Positions 23,042 to 36,427 of a DNA stretch of 47,809 nt are shown one piece after another (position 1 is the stretch's first letter; every line of letters starts with the position of its first letter). Origin of the DNA: Basidiobolus meristosporus CBS 931.73 (lineage: Eukaryota; Fungi; Basidiobolomycota). Where the stretch lies: NCBI GenBank assembly GCA_002104905.1, contig MCFE01000669.1:1-47809 (forward strand), read 5' to 3'. Made by a program: the position numbers and the translations under genes. The notes below the pieces were generated by a model, which did no database searches, was not told where the DNA came from, and saw only the letters and a list, made by a program, of their open reading frames with translations.

Positions 23042-26000
23042 GCAGCTCCTTTAATATAGTATCTCCATGTCTTCAAACAGTGTATCATATCCAGCATCTT
23101 CCTCTCATGCACTGGATAGTTTTGTTCTGCTGTGTTTGGTTTCTTGGATTCAAAGGCAACTGGGTAGTCCTTTCCCTTGTGTTCTTGGCTCAACACTCCA
23201 CCAATTGTATTATCTGAAGCATCTGTGCACAGAGTGTACTCTTTTCTGAAATCAGGTATTCTCAAGCTTTGCAGCTTATCAAGCTCATTCTTGAGCATAT
23301 GGAAGGTAGTATTGCAAGCTATGTCCCACTTGTAGGTATTGTCTTTGCTGAGGATAACAGTTAAAGGGCTGCGATACTTGCAAAGGACTTGACAAATCTC
23401 CAATAATAGGAAACCATTCCAAGGAATGATCTGAGCTCTGATATGTTATAGGGCTGCTTCAGATTCTGGATGACTTCAGTCTTTTTGGGGTCTAAAGTCA
23501 CTCCTTTGCTAGTCACTATGTAATCCAGATATTCAATGTGTTCCTTGAAGAATTCACACTTTGCTAGCATGCCATATAGTTTGTTTTCTCTTAGCTTCTT
23601 CAAGACCTATTCAACGTGCACCTCATGATCCTCTTCTGTCTTGCTGTATATCAATATGTCATATAGGTCAATTGTCACAAACTTGTCTAAGTACTCCTGG
23701 AAGACAGTCTGCATCAGGGTCATGAATGTTGCAGGGGCATTGGTGAGGCCAAAACTTGTAACTAAGTACTTGTAATGTCTATATTTGGCTCTGAATGCTG
23801 TCTTAGGGATGTCTTCTGGCTTCACCCTAATCTGATTGTATCCTGACATGAGGTCAATCTTGCTTAATATAGTGACTCCATTAAGCTGGTCCAAAAGCTC
23901 ATCAATCCAAGGTATGGGGTACTTATTCTGCACAGTAACTTAGTTGATGACTCTGTAGTCAATGCACAACCTAAGTGTTCCATCCATCTTCTTCACAAAA
24001 AGTACCGGTTCTCCCAAAGGTGACTTGCTGGGTCTGATATATCCTTGCTCCAATATCTGATCTCTTTTCTCTTCATCTATTCCCACTTCAATGTACTCAT
24101 CCTGTATGGTGTCTTACTCACTGGAGGGCTATCACCTGTGCCAATGGCATGATCTATATCTCTGACCAGTGGTATGCTTACATGTTCATCTGGAAATATA
24201 TCTGAACATCCCTTCAAAAGAACCTGGACCTTCTGGGGTACTGGAGATGAGGAATCATCCTGTAATACTGCCATGAGGAGCAGCAGGGTGCTTTTCTAAG
24301 TGCTCTACAGAAGTGTTTCTTGCCAAGTTCACTTGTTTCACACGCACTGGAATTGACCAGGTTGAAATCCAGTCTGGCAGGTAATAGCTCATAAGTCTTG
24401 TTGTCCTTCTGGATCTGAGTAGCAATGGTTCTCCAGTTGGTTGAAGGATTACTACAAAATAGCCAGGCTTTTTGAAATACCAGGTTAAACTTGCAGCTCC
24501 TAAATATATAGGCCTGTAGGTCTTCTTCATTGTCATTGATCTTCATCCTTATTGGCTGAGTAATATGGTTGATTATATGAGAGTTCCCATCAGCTGTTGA
24601 GACTGAAGTTGATTTGGTGGTTTCCAAGTTGATTCCAGCTTTCAAAGCAAATTACTTCAACATATACTCATGCAATGCTCCTAAATCAATCATGATCATG
24701 GCAGGTACTCCATTGATTACTCCATTCAAGTATGATAGTTTTCCTGAGTTTGAGATCATCTGAGATAGGTACCCTTCTGTCAAATAAAAGGTGAGTTCTG
24801 AGCCTGCTTCAAGTTCATCCTCCATGTTACTGTGCTCAAGGGCTTCAATATGATTGAAGTTTCTTGATGGCTGGTATCCATTTCTTCTCTGAGGGCAGTA
24901 CTTTGCAATATGTCCCTGCTGGTGGCAACTGAAGCAAAGTCCTTTCTTCTCATATTCTTCTGAGGTAGGATTCTTCTGCACAGCATCTATTTCCATTGAC
25001 ACTGCTTCTGATTGTCATCTTTCATAATAATTGTAGCCTTTCTGATTAGTCATTGTGAGCTTCCCAACTCCAAACATAGCTGAGTCATAGTCAATGGCAA
25101 TCTTGATGGCTTCTGCAATAATCTGGGGTCTAGTATAACTTACTTTGTTGCAAGCTCTTTTGTTCAACCCATTAGTAAAGTATTCCACTTGATCCAGGGG
25201 GTCCATTCTTTCATTTTGTCCAAGTAGACATCTGTACTCATTAATGTACTCTTGAACCATTCCTTTCTGTCTTAGTGTCTTCAACTTTCTTCACAGTAGT
25301 GTCTGCTGGTGTGGAGGTTCAAAGGCATCCTGAATATCTGACACAAACTCATCCCAGGTAGAGATTGTACAGCATCTCATCATGGTAGCCAACCTGATCT
25401 TGTTGTGGTACCATTGTAAAACTGCATCTGCCAGGTAAGAGCCTGCATGATGTAACTTGCTTTTTGGAGCAGTTCCCTTAGCCTTGAAAGCTACTTCAAT
25501 CTGGAATAGCCAAGTTCCCAGGTTTTCATTGACTCTACCATGGTACTGGTTGACCTTCACACTAAAGTTGCTCTTGACAGGGTTTTGCTGGCTTTGAGCC
25601 ATGGTAGTCATTCCTTGTTGCTGCTGGCTAAGGATCTGAAGTAAGCGTTGCTGTTGGGCCAGGATATGCTGGATAGCATTTGTACATTCTTGATTCTTGG
25701 ACATCTTGAGGGAGGCTTTTTCTTTGTTAGGAGGGAGATTTCTGGTTGTTGCTGCTACCATTGTTACAAGTCCTAGCATAACAATTGTAGAGGAATAGAG
25801 AGTTTAGCTTGTATAGTATTCACTCAAACTTGAACTGATTTTTATTGAGGTTCCAGCAGTTCCTTATATGCATTGTTGCCAGATCATTTGCTGACAAATT
25901 GTATTTCCTAATGTACATCATGACTGATGACTCATCTGAAAGCATCATCATCACCCAATAAGATCCTACTCAATATATCTATTTCTGTCTAATAAGGATC

Positions 26001-26135
26001 TGCTGATTCATCTGCTGACTAATGCTACTGATTTGATAGATAACACTGATATAATGATAGGCTAAACATATCACTTATTGATTTGACTAAAAATTGATCT
26101 AACTTGAAAATTCAAACAGTAGATCATAACATGAG

Positions 26136-27575
26136 TTCCTGATGGTCCCATGGTATACCAGCCTTAAGATGATAGCATGCTATGTTTCTGCTGGCCTCTT
26201 GTATATCAGCCCACTCTTCATTATTTCATTCAACGGCTTCACAGATCCTCAATGTCTTTTGATTTTTAGGCTTTGGTACAAACACCACATTGTCTCCCTC
26301 CCACACCGTGATAGGTTTTTCTATGGGCTTTATCTTTGGGCACTGTTGTTGTGCTTCATTGACTGTATGATGTTCCTCTGCTATTATGTCAGGAAATGGC
26401 TCAATTCTTGGCTGTGAGATTGAGATACTTGAGCTCCTTCTTTGCAGCAAAGATACTGCTTTCTCTTCCTTGTATATTGATTGCTCTACACATATTAGAC
26501 CTGTTCCATAATTCCAGCTGATCATAGTGCCCAATAGTGCCATAGCATGCCAGATGGTGCCTGATCATGACACAGAGTGCTAGATGGTGCCATACAGTGC
26601 CAATTTGGGATCAAAATTGATATGCATATAACCCTAAAATATCAAATTAATAACAAAATATACAGCACTTTCTGGCACTATGATCAATGGCACAATGGAA
26701 CAAGTCTATTATCTGCTCATCCTGTATCTGGACTATTTCCCAATCTCTCTGGGCCATTGCATCTATCCTGTCAGCCACTGCACCTAGTTGCTTCATTAAT
26801 GCTTTGGTATCAGCTGACAACATACTTGCTAATATGGGTGGTGGTGATGTTATTGTGGCCACTTGCTGATTCTTAACTGAGGGTACTGTGTTTGCTACAT
26901 TCTCATCTGCCTGAGCATAATGGCCAGCTTGTGGCTCTGCAGAGGTTCTCAACTGCCTACTTGATGGAGAGCCTAAGGTAAATTGGAGATACCCCAGCCA
27001 TCAGCAAGATAGCAGGTTTTTCTGGGCACAATTGACAGTATTGCTGTCAAATGTGTGAGATCCAGTGGATTTACTCCATAACTCACACACATTGTTATTA
27101 CTCAAGCACCAGCACTAAGAACATCATCCTTCCACAAAGAGAATGTACCAAAGTCAGCATGCAATTACAGCAAAGTTGGCAAGCTATAAGCCATTGGCTG
27201 GAATATAGAATCAATTGGAAACCGGAGATACTTAAGATACAGTGTGTCTGTTGGAACAAAAGCTTTCCATTGGGAGCAAGGCATTTGCTTTTTGGCAATA
27301 TCCTATACTGATGACCAAGTTGTACATGGGGTATTTCAAGCTAAGTGAGTCCTTTGAGATACTGGAGAAATTTGAAAGAATTGGCAAAATATTAGAGAGT
27401 ATCCACTATCCTAAGTACTTCTCACAGGCTCCAATTAATATGCATATGCATATGCAACAATACAAATTCAAACACTGGATGAACTGGATAAGTATTTATT
27501 CAAGTGGCCTTCTGAAGCCATTTCTACCAAGCTTACATTGGTAGTGTTGGGAGTCAAACATAAGCATTGTATGGT
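26136..27575. mobile_element. Family D (CACTA-like) relic: accessory ORF (-) 26136-26950, transposase (+) ~26980-27575
   Basis: Homologous to 5975-6335 and to 8310-8880 / 6345-6650. Confidence 0.7.
26497..26707. mobile_element. Short family-G MITE (211 bp) with AGTGCCA subterminal motifs
   Basis: AGACCTGTTCCAT...ATGGAACAAGTCT termini with ATT/ATT flanks. It splits the D accessory ORF, whose uninterrupted copy is at ~6305-6335. Confidence 0.85.
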
Positions 27576-28261
27576 TATTCATCCCAAAAACCACATAATC
27601 TACTTGTTCTCCAAATCAATGCCAATATCTCCAAGCCTCTTACAACAGGTTATGAGCCCCAAGCTGTCACTCTCTGCAATGTCTACTACTGCTATTACTG
27701 GAATTTTTCCCTCTGCTGAAAAGTTGGATGGATCTAACTACCAAGTGTGGAAGGTGAAGATAAAGATGCTGCTACAAGAAAGAGGCCTTTGGGATATTGT
27801 CATGGGAGAAGAATGCCCTCCTAAAAATGTGGGAGAGGAAGCCTAAAGTACCAGAAGAAAGAACAAAGTGCTTTTAACTGCATTTGCCTTAATGTCAAGA
27901 ACAAATTGCTAATTCAATGCTCAAGAGCAAAAACAGCAAAGAATGCCTGGAAGGCATTAGATGACACCTACCAGTCATGTTCAGCTGCCAAGAAAATGTA
28001 TCTGAGACAAAAATTCTTTACTACAGAGATGCTGCCAGGAGAAGAAATGAAAAATCTAATTAACAGAATTACCCTGCTGGCAGATGAGATGAAATTGGTG
28101 GGCGTACCAACTACTGATGAAGATGTGATAGTTATCATCCTGAATAGCCTGACAGACAAATTTCAGGGCCTTGTATCAGCCCTAGAGTCCAGAACTGAAT
28201 ATTTGACCTTAAAGTACATATACAAAAGGCTCCTGGATGAAGAATTAAGAAAATCAAGCGC

Positions 28262-30140
28262 TGTAGTGGGGTGACAGTGACACCCACTGACAGATGTGCT
28301 CATTCCCATATTTTCTACTTCCCTATATCTCTACTATGCCTATTTTAGTTTTATTCCATTTGTCTTACCTGATCAGTACTATCCCATCAGCCAGTTGACT
28401 ATCACACCTGCTTACCTTATTGCATAAGTTACCCCTCACTTTATAGAAGATTACTAGCAGTAAGTGCTTCTATATTAGGCAGGTACCTGCACCAATATCT
28501 GTGACACATGATCATCCTGTGTCATCTTCCATATCATTTGCATACCAAATATGGTATCCCTATATTACGCAGGTTTCAGGGTACTGATTCGTGATTGGTT
28601 GGATGTGCTATGCCTCTTAGAACCTTCCAACACCTACCTAGAACATTCTTAGGTCATTCTGATGTTATTGAGATTTCTATTGACATCTGAAACCTTCTGG
28701 AACATCATGACTAGTAGTCACTTGGCCAGTAAGAAAAGTATATAAGAGAGGCTATCCCTCAACAATAAATCATTGTCCCTTTTATCAATTTTCCAACTTG
28801 TTGATTACTGTTATTGCTGCTACCTGCTGCTACCTGAACTTCCAACCCCAGACCACAGGACACTCCCAGGAAACCGTGCTGTGGTGGTGTAGAGGTGCTC
28901 CTGGGAGAAGCTACACAACTCAAGGTGTGTGAGGTGTCTGATGGGTGCAATAACCTCTGTGTCTAAACTGCTGGTGTCTTTGTCAATATGTCACTATGGT
29001 AAAAGCTCCTGCTTCTCTAGCTTCCTAGGTGCTCCAAGTGTCTTCAAATACCTCTGTGTGTCTTGTGCACTACCCTGAAAAGCTCCTTGATGGCAGGTCT
29101 GAGATGAACTGTTGAAGACAGGTGCAGTGATCAACTGCTAATCAATAAGGTATAAGTGTTACTGATAGAAGGGATGATTTATTGATGAGGGATTGCTTTC
29201 CTTTAAATACTTTTCCTGATTGCCAAGTGATTACTAATGACAAGGTTCTAGAAGATTCTAGGTATCAGTGGAATTCTTGATGACATCACTATGAGCTAAA
29301 AATAAGCCAAGAATGTCCTGGAAGGTTCTAAAAGGCACATCACATTCAACTAATCAGGAATCAGTAGTCTGAAACCTGTGCAACATAGAATTACCATATA
29401 TGGTATTGAAATGGTAGGGATGGTAACACAGGCCCAGGTCAGGTGTCTTGGGTACTGACGCAGGTACTTGCCTTATGTAGATACATATACTGATCACAAA
29501 GCTGAATAACATCTGGGATAACTAATGCTAATAACTAATCAGGGCAAACATCATATGGGGATAATACTGATAATATGGGCAAAAGAAGAATGCGATAATA
29601 CTGATAAGATATAATATGGATAAGTATATCATAATGACTATATGAATAAACTTGTCTGTGGGAGGTATGTTTACCCTACCACAGTGCTGACAGCCAACTG
29701 ACCTTGGAGGCACTACTTGTGAGGAATACTCAGAGTGGGTATCTTTTATTATATTTGATTCTTTCCCAAGTTTGTTATTGTACAGGCTAAGATACTTTTC
29801 TGTCTTTGAAACTATTGACCACAGCTGCATTCTTATCAAGTCCTGGCTGGTGGAGTTTACAGTTGTTTTGGCTTTGGAAGCTTTAATACATTGTCATCTC
29901 AAAGGATGCTGAACCCATCACATACTTTTGTTAAAACACCAACCAAGTTGGGGATTGTAGCACAATAGTTTTCCCTTGACAAGCTTGTGGCTTTATTCCC
30001 CTTCACATTAGATTAGAGACAGAACCCAAGTATTCCTAGCAAGCTTTTGCCAGAGGTCATTGCACCCAGTGAACACCCCACACACAAAACACTTGAGAAG
30101 TGTTGGATGTATCTCTCCCTTGGACTAATGCACCTCCACA
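28262..30140 (+). mobile_element. Solo LTR, family A, containing a nested LTR-B
   Basis: Flanks GCGC/GCAC. The uninterrupted host site AAGCGCAAATAAG is seen in the inner copia at ~35460-35470. Confidence 0.9.
28880..29683 (-). mobile_element. Solo LTR, family B (804 bp)
   Basis: Reverse complement of 9850-10652. Perfect TSD GTGC/GTGC. Confidence 0.9.
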
Positions 30141-31749
30141 GCACCAATAAGAAGGAAGAAGAAAATGCTTTAATAAGTCATGATAACCAACAAAGAAGGT
30201 ACCCAACACCCTACAAAGGCAACAGCAACCTATTTTGCAACTACTGCAACAAGAAAGGACACACATCAGACTGGTGTCTCAAAAAGAAAGATAGTCAGCA
30301 GAAAAAGCCTGAATATGGAAATGCTGCAACAACTAGACTATTCATATCTGCACTAAATATGACCACAAACAAGGATTCTCAGATGTGGTATATTGACTCT
30401 GGAGCATCTCAACACTTTACACACCAAAAAGAACTTTTTACCCAATATCAAGAAATTCCAATTCAGAAGGTTTTTATGTGTGACAATAGAACACTTGATG
30501 CAGTGGGAGAAGGAACTATCCAAGTAAACCTAAGAAGCAGTGAAGGAAGCCATACACTGACCTTTAAAGAAGTACTCTATGTACCAGAAATAGCCAAGAA
30601 CCTACTCTCTGTAAGCAAGGCCACAGCAGAAGGACTCAGTTTCAGTTTTGACAATTCTGGATGCAGGATCACTGATCAAAATGGTGCCCATATTGCGTTG
30701 GGTTTCAGAGATCAGAACTTATACAAGCTGACTTATATTCCATCATATTTGGAAGCCAATATAAGTAGCTTAAATGAAGAAACACCAATGCCTTGGCACA
30801 GGAGATTTGGACACATCAATTTGATTATTTGGGCAAAATGATCAAAGATCAGCTGATTTCTGGAGTGAAAATTGATCCCCCAGCTAATTTGGAGCACTGT
30901 GAAGCCTGCATACATGGGAAATAAGCCAGACAACCGCTCAAGAGCTCTGGGTTGATCAAAACTAAGAAAAAATTAGATCTAATTCACTCAGATCTGTGTG
31001 GACCTATGCAAAGTTTATCCTTAGGCGGGATGAAGTATTTAATCACTTTTATTGATGATAATACAAGATACACATGGGCCTACTTCATGGAGAGAAAGGA
31101 AGAAGCTCTGTCTAAGTTCAGGGAGTTTAAAGCCATGGTGGAGAGAGAAACCGGTGAAAAAATCAAGAAAATACACTGTGACAATGGTGGAGAATATACC
31201 TCAAAACTCTTCATCCACTTCTGCAAAATTCATGAGATAAAGCAAGAGACTACTGTACCATACTCCCCACAGCAAAATGGAGTAGCAGAACAAGCTAACA
31301 GATCAATAATTGATATGGCAAGATCAATGATCCATGATCAAAAATTATCCTATGATTTCTGTGCAGAATCAGTTGCCACTGCGGTATATCTTTAAAATAG
31401 GAGTTTTGTTTTGGAGATCTGCAATGACTGAGGAATATCAGGCCCTGATGGAAAATCAAACTTGGGACTTAGTCAAATTACCAATCAACCAAAAATCAAT
31501 TGGTTGCAGATGGGTCTTCAAGACAAAATACAAGGCTGATGGCACAAATGAAAGATACAAAGCAAGACTTGTGGCCAAAGGATACTCTCAAAAAAAAGGA
31601 CATGACTACACTGAGACCTTGCATTTGTAGCAAAGTTAAATTCTATCAGATTGATATGGCTATTGCAGCCAAATATAAGTACTTTATGCATCAAATAGAT
31701 GTAAAAACTACATTTTTGGAGGGAGAGCTTGATGAGGACATGCATATGG

Positions 31750-34700
31750 TGTTGTAAGAGTCTTGGAGATATTGGAAGTGATTTGGAGAACAAGTAGATT
31801 ATGTGGTTTTCACTTAATGATTTATTGAATGTAAAAGTAGTATTTATACTTTTACCTGGTCTTGGCATTACAAACACATAGAATAGGCTAGGAAAGGTCC
31901 CAAGAACATGTGTGCAAAGTTTGGGGCTGTTTGGACAACTTTGAGAATTTTCATGTTCTGGGTACCTGGTATTTTGGTGAAAATATTCTGAGTAAATGCC
32001 GACAAGGAATTTGGTCAGTATTCTCTTGGATTTAAGGGTCATGATATAATAGACTAAGTTAGGTGAATATTTAGGTGGAATTACAAATTTTTACAAAACT
32101 CCCACTCAGCTATATGTTTGTACTGACTAGTCCTAATTTTGACCTAAGATATTCAAACTTGTCTCTAGCTAATGGTTTGGTAAATATGTCTGCAATCATT
32201 TCATCTGTAGGACAGTAAACCAAGCTAACTGAGTTATTCTCTATAGCTTCACATATGAAGTGATGTCTAACATCTATGTGCTTGGTTCTAGCATGAAAAG
32301 TTGGATTGCTACCTAATTGTATACATCCTTGATTATCTTGAAATAAAGTAATAGGCATTTTTTGACATAGGCCTAAATCTGTAAAAAGTTTTCTTAACCA
32401 CATTGCCTCTTTTGTAGCTTCACAGGCTGCCATATACTCTGCCTCTGTGGTGGAAAGTCCTATAGTTGGTTGCTTTCTTGAATTCTATCAAATTGCTCCT
32501 TTACAGTAAAGAAAGGTGTATCCTGTGGTGGATCTTCTGTCTTCCAAATTTTGTTCCCAATCAGCATCAGAGTATCCCACAAGATCCTGTTCTGAATCCT
32601 TATAAGTGTATCTTAAGCAGATATCAGCAGTTCCTTTTGGGTATCTAAAAATCTGCTTAACTGCTGCAAAATGATCAAATCCATAGTTCTGATTATGTTG
32701 GCTGACAACTCCCACTGAATATGAGATATCTGGACATGTTCCAAGAATGATATACATCAGACTGCCAATCATGGATTGATAAGGAAAGTCAGAGCTTTCA
32801 GATGGCACCAAGCTCTCTTGATTTGGTTGAGTTTTGACCAAATTAAGGTTTGTCTCCATTGGGGTAGCTGCCAGTTTACAGTCTTCCATTTGGTACTTCT
32901 TTAGTATATCTTGAATATACTTAGATTGGCTTAGGGTGATAGTCTATGTACTTCTGTCTATGGAAAACTTAATCCGTAAGTAGTAATTCAGTTCTCCTAG
33001 ATCAGACATCTTGAACTCCTTAGATAGGCTGGATTTAGTCTCTTCCAATGTTTCTAGGTCATTGGTGGCTACTATAAGATCATCCACATATAGAGCTAAT
33101 AGAACTGGATTTGCTCTATCCAGCTTATAACATATACTATAGTCAGCATTACTTCTTTTAAAACTCAAAGATTCCAAATAAGAATCTATCTTGCAATTCC
33201 AGGCTCCTGGTGATGGTTTGAGACCATATAGTGACTAATTAAGCTTGCAGACCAAATGGGGGTTATCTTGGTCAACAAACCCATTAGGCTGGTCCATATA
33301 CACATCCTCATCAAGTTCTACATTCAAAAATGCAGTCTTTACATCCATTTGATGAATTAAAAATTTATATTTGGCTGCAATAGCCAATATTAATCTGATG
33401 GAATTAAACTTGGCTACCAGTGCAAAGGTCTCAGTATAGTCAAGTCCTTTTGTTTGAGAGTATCCTTTGGCTACAAGTCTTGCTTTGCATCTTTCAATTT
33501 TACCATCAGCCTTGTATTTTGTCTTGAAGACCCATCTGCATCCAGTTGATTTTTGGTTGATTGGTAATTTGACCAAGCCCCAAGTTTGATTTTCCATCAG
33601 GGCCTGATATTCCTCAGTCATTCCAGATCTCCAAAACTTTGTCTGAGGGCTATTTAGGGCCTCTTTTACAGTCTGGGGCTCATCAATATGGACTGAATAG
33701 GCATAGGCTAAGTTTGTACCCTCATTGATATAGTAATTTGGGCTATTTCTTGTCTGATTGGATCTCCGGGCATTTGATACTGGAATGATCCCTTCTGAGA
33801 TATTCCTGGGCACTGATTCTGGCTGAACCACAATTGTAGAGTCCGCTGGAGTGAAAAAGTTTTCATTGTTTTGCTCTGATTCAATCCTGACAATTGGTAG
33901 ATTTGGGATCAAATTTTTGTCATCATCTGATGTCATTTTTTATGAAAATTTTGAATTTTCATCAAACAACACATCCCTCAACTTGATCAGCTTCTTTGCT
34001 TTGGCATTGTAGAGTCTGTATGCCTTACTCTCATTGCAGTAGCCCAAAAATATGCATTTTACACTTTTTGGCTCAAATTTTGACTGATTTCTGGCCAGTT
34101 TTTTGGCATATGCTGTACACCCAAATATTCTTAAATGTTCTGCACTTAGTCTGTATCCATACTATGCTTCAAATGGAGTGGAATAACAAAGTATTCTGTT
34201 ATAACTCCTATTTTTAAGGTACACAGCAGTGGCAACTGATTCTGCCCTAAAATCATAGGATAATTTTTGATCATGGATCATAGATCTTGCCATATCAATT
34301 ATTGATCTGTTAGCACATTCTGTTACTCCATTTTGCTGTGGGGAGTATGGTACAGTAGTCTCTTGCTTTATCTCATGAATTTTGCAGAAGAGGATGAAGA
34401 GTTTTGAGGTATATTCTCCACCATTGTCACAGTGTATTTTCTTGATTTTTTCACCAGTTTCTCTCTCCACCATGGCTTTAAACTCCCTGAACTTAGACAG
34501 AGCTTCTTCCTTTCTCTCCATGAAGTAGACCCATGTGTATCTTGTATAATCATCAATAAAAGTGATTAAATACTTCATCCCACCTAAGGATAAACTTTGC
34601 ATAGGTCCACACAGATCTGAGTGAATTAGATCTAATTTTTTCTTAGTTTGATTAGCCCAGAACTCTTGAACAGTTGTCTGGCTTGTTCCCCATATATGCA

Positions 34701-36427
34701 GGCTTCACAGTGCTCCAAATTAGCTGGGGGATCAATTTTCACTCCAGATATTAGCTGATCTTTGATCATTTTGCGCAAATAATCAAAATTGATGTGTCCA
34801 AATCTCCTGTGCCAAGGCATTGGTGTTTCTTCATTTAGGCTACTTATATTGGCTTCCAAATATGATGGAATATAAGTCAACTTGTATAGATTCTGATCTC
34901 TGATGCCCAAAGCAATATGGGCACCATTTTGATCAGTGATCCTGCATCCAGAATTGTCAAAACTGAAACTGAGTCCTTCTGCTGTGGCCTTGCTTACAGA
35001 GAGTAGGTTCTTGGCTATTTCTGGTACATAGAGTACATCTTTAAAGGTCAGTGTATGGCTTCCTTCACTGCTTCTAAGGTTTACTTGGATAGTTCCTTCT
35101 CCCACTGCATCAAGTGTTCTATTGTCACCCATGAAAACCTTCTGAATTGGAATTTCTTGATATTGGGTAAAAAGTTCTTTTTGGTGTGTAAAGTGTTGAG
35201 ATGCTCCAGAGTCAATATACCACATCTGAGAATCCTTGTTTGTGGTCATATTTAGTGCAGATATGAATAGTCTAGTTGTTGCAGCATTTCCATATTCAGG
35301 CTTCTTTTGCTGACTATCTTTCTTTTTGAGACACCAGTCTGATGTGTGTCCTTTCCTTTTGCAGTAGTTGCAAAATAGGTTGCTGTTGCCTTTGTAGGGT
35401 GTTGGGTACCTCCTTTGTTGGTTATCATTGCCTGTTAAAGCATTTTCTTCTTCCTTCTTATTTGCGCTTGATTTTCTTAATTCTTCATCCAGGAGCCTTC
35501 CATATACATAATTTAAGGTCAAATCTTCAGTTCTGGACTCTAGTGCTGATACAAGGCCTTGAAACTCATCTGTCAGGCTATTCAGGATGGTAACTATCAC
35601 ATCCTCATCAGTGGTTGGTATGCCCACAGATTCCATCTCATCTACCAGCAGGGTAATTCTGTTAATTAGATTTTTGATTTCTTCTCCTGGCAGCATCTTT
35701 GTAGTAAAGAATTTTCTTCTCAGATACATTTTCTTGGCAGCTGAACATGACTGGTAGGTGTCTTCTAATGCTTTCCAGGCATTCTTTGCTGTTTTTACTC
35801 TTGAGCATTGAATTAGCAATTTGTCCTTGACATTAAGGCAAATGCAGTTGAAGGCACTTTACTCTTTCTTCTGGTACTTTAAGGCTTCCTCTCCCACATT
35901 TTTAGGAGGGCATTCTTCTCCCATGACAATATCCCAAAGGCCTCTTTCTTATAGCAGCTTCCTCATCTTTACCTTCCACACTTGGTAGTTACATCCATCC
36001 TTCTTTTCAACACAGGTGAAAATTTTAGTAACTGCTGTAGTAGACACTGCAGAGAGTGATAGCTTGGGGCTCATAACCTGTTGTAAGAGTCTTGGAGATA
36101 TTGGAAGTGATTTGGGAGGACAAGTAGTGTATATGGTTTGCATTTAGTGATTTAATGAATGTAAAAGCAGTATTTGTACTTTTACATTGTCTTGGCATAA
36201 CAGACTCATAGAATAGGTTAAGGAAGGTCCCAAGAGCATGTGTGCAAAGTGTGGGGCTGTTTGGACAACCTTGAGAATTTTCATGTTCTGGGTACCCGGT
36301 ATTTGGTGAAAATATTCTAAGTATACCCAAACAAGGAATTTGGTCAGTATTCCCTAGAACTTGAAGGTAATGATCTATGTGACTAAGTCAGGTGAGTAAT
36401 TAGGCGGAATTCCAAATTTTTACAACA
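31750..36427 (-). mobile_element. Full-length-sized Ty1/copia family E element: 5' LTR 36079-36427, PBS 36066-36078, gag-pol (decayed), PPT, 3' LTR 31750-32098
   Basis: 395-aa gag-protease ORF (34632-35819), plus integrase, RT (LYVDDL) and RNaseH ORFs. No matching TSD. Confidence 0.93.

Larger units (their letters stand above)
19772..26131 (-). mobile_element. Full-length Ty3/gypsy family C element: 5' LTR 25762-26131, PBS 25748-25760, gag-pro-pol (decayed), PPT 20141-20152, 3' LTR 19772-20140
   Basis: Perfect 4-bp TSD TGAG at 19768-19771 and 26132-26135. Gag with a CFSCHQQGHIAKYC zinc knuckle, protease MIDLGA, RT/RH/IN relics. PBS TGGTAGCAGCAAC. Confidence 0.95.
27590..31749 (+). mobile_element. 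Ty1/copia family E host element, 5' part: LTR remnant to 27647, PBS 27648-27660, gag, protease, integrase, internal deletion at ~31400, start of RT
   Basis: EKLDGSNYQVWK, CNYCNKKGH..DWC, WYIDSGASQH, IHSDLCGP, QQNGVAE, YKARLVAKG. Confidence 0.92.

Noticed and set aside
1886-30140. All four LTR-A copies in the same orientation
   Set aside because: The chance probability is 1 in 8, so it is not informative.
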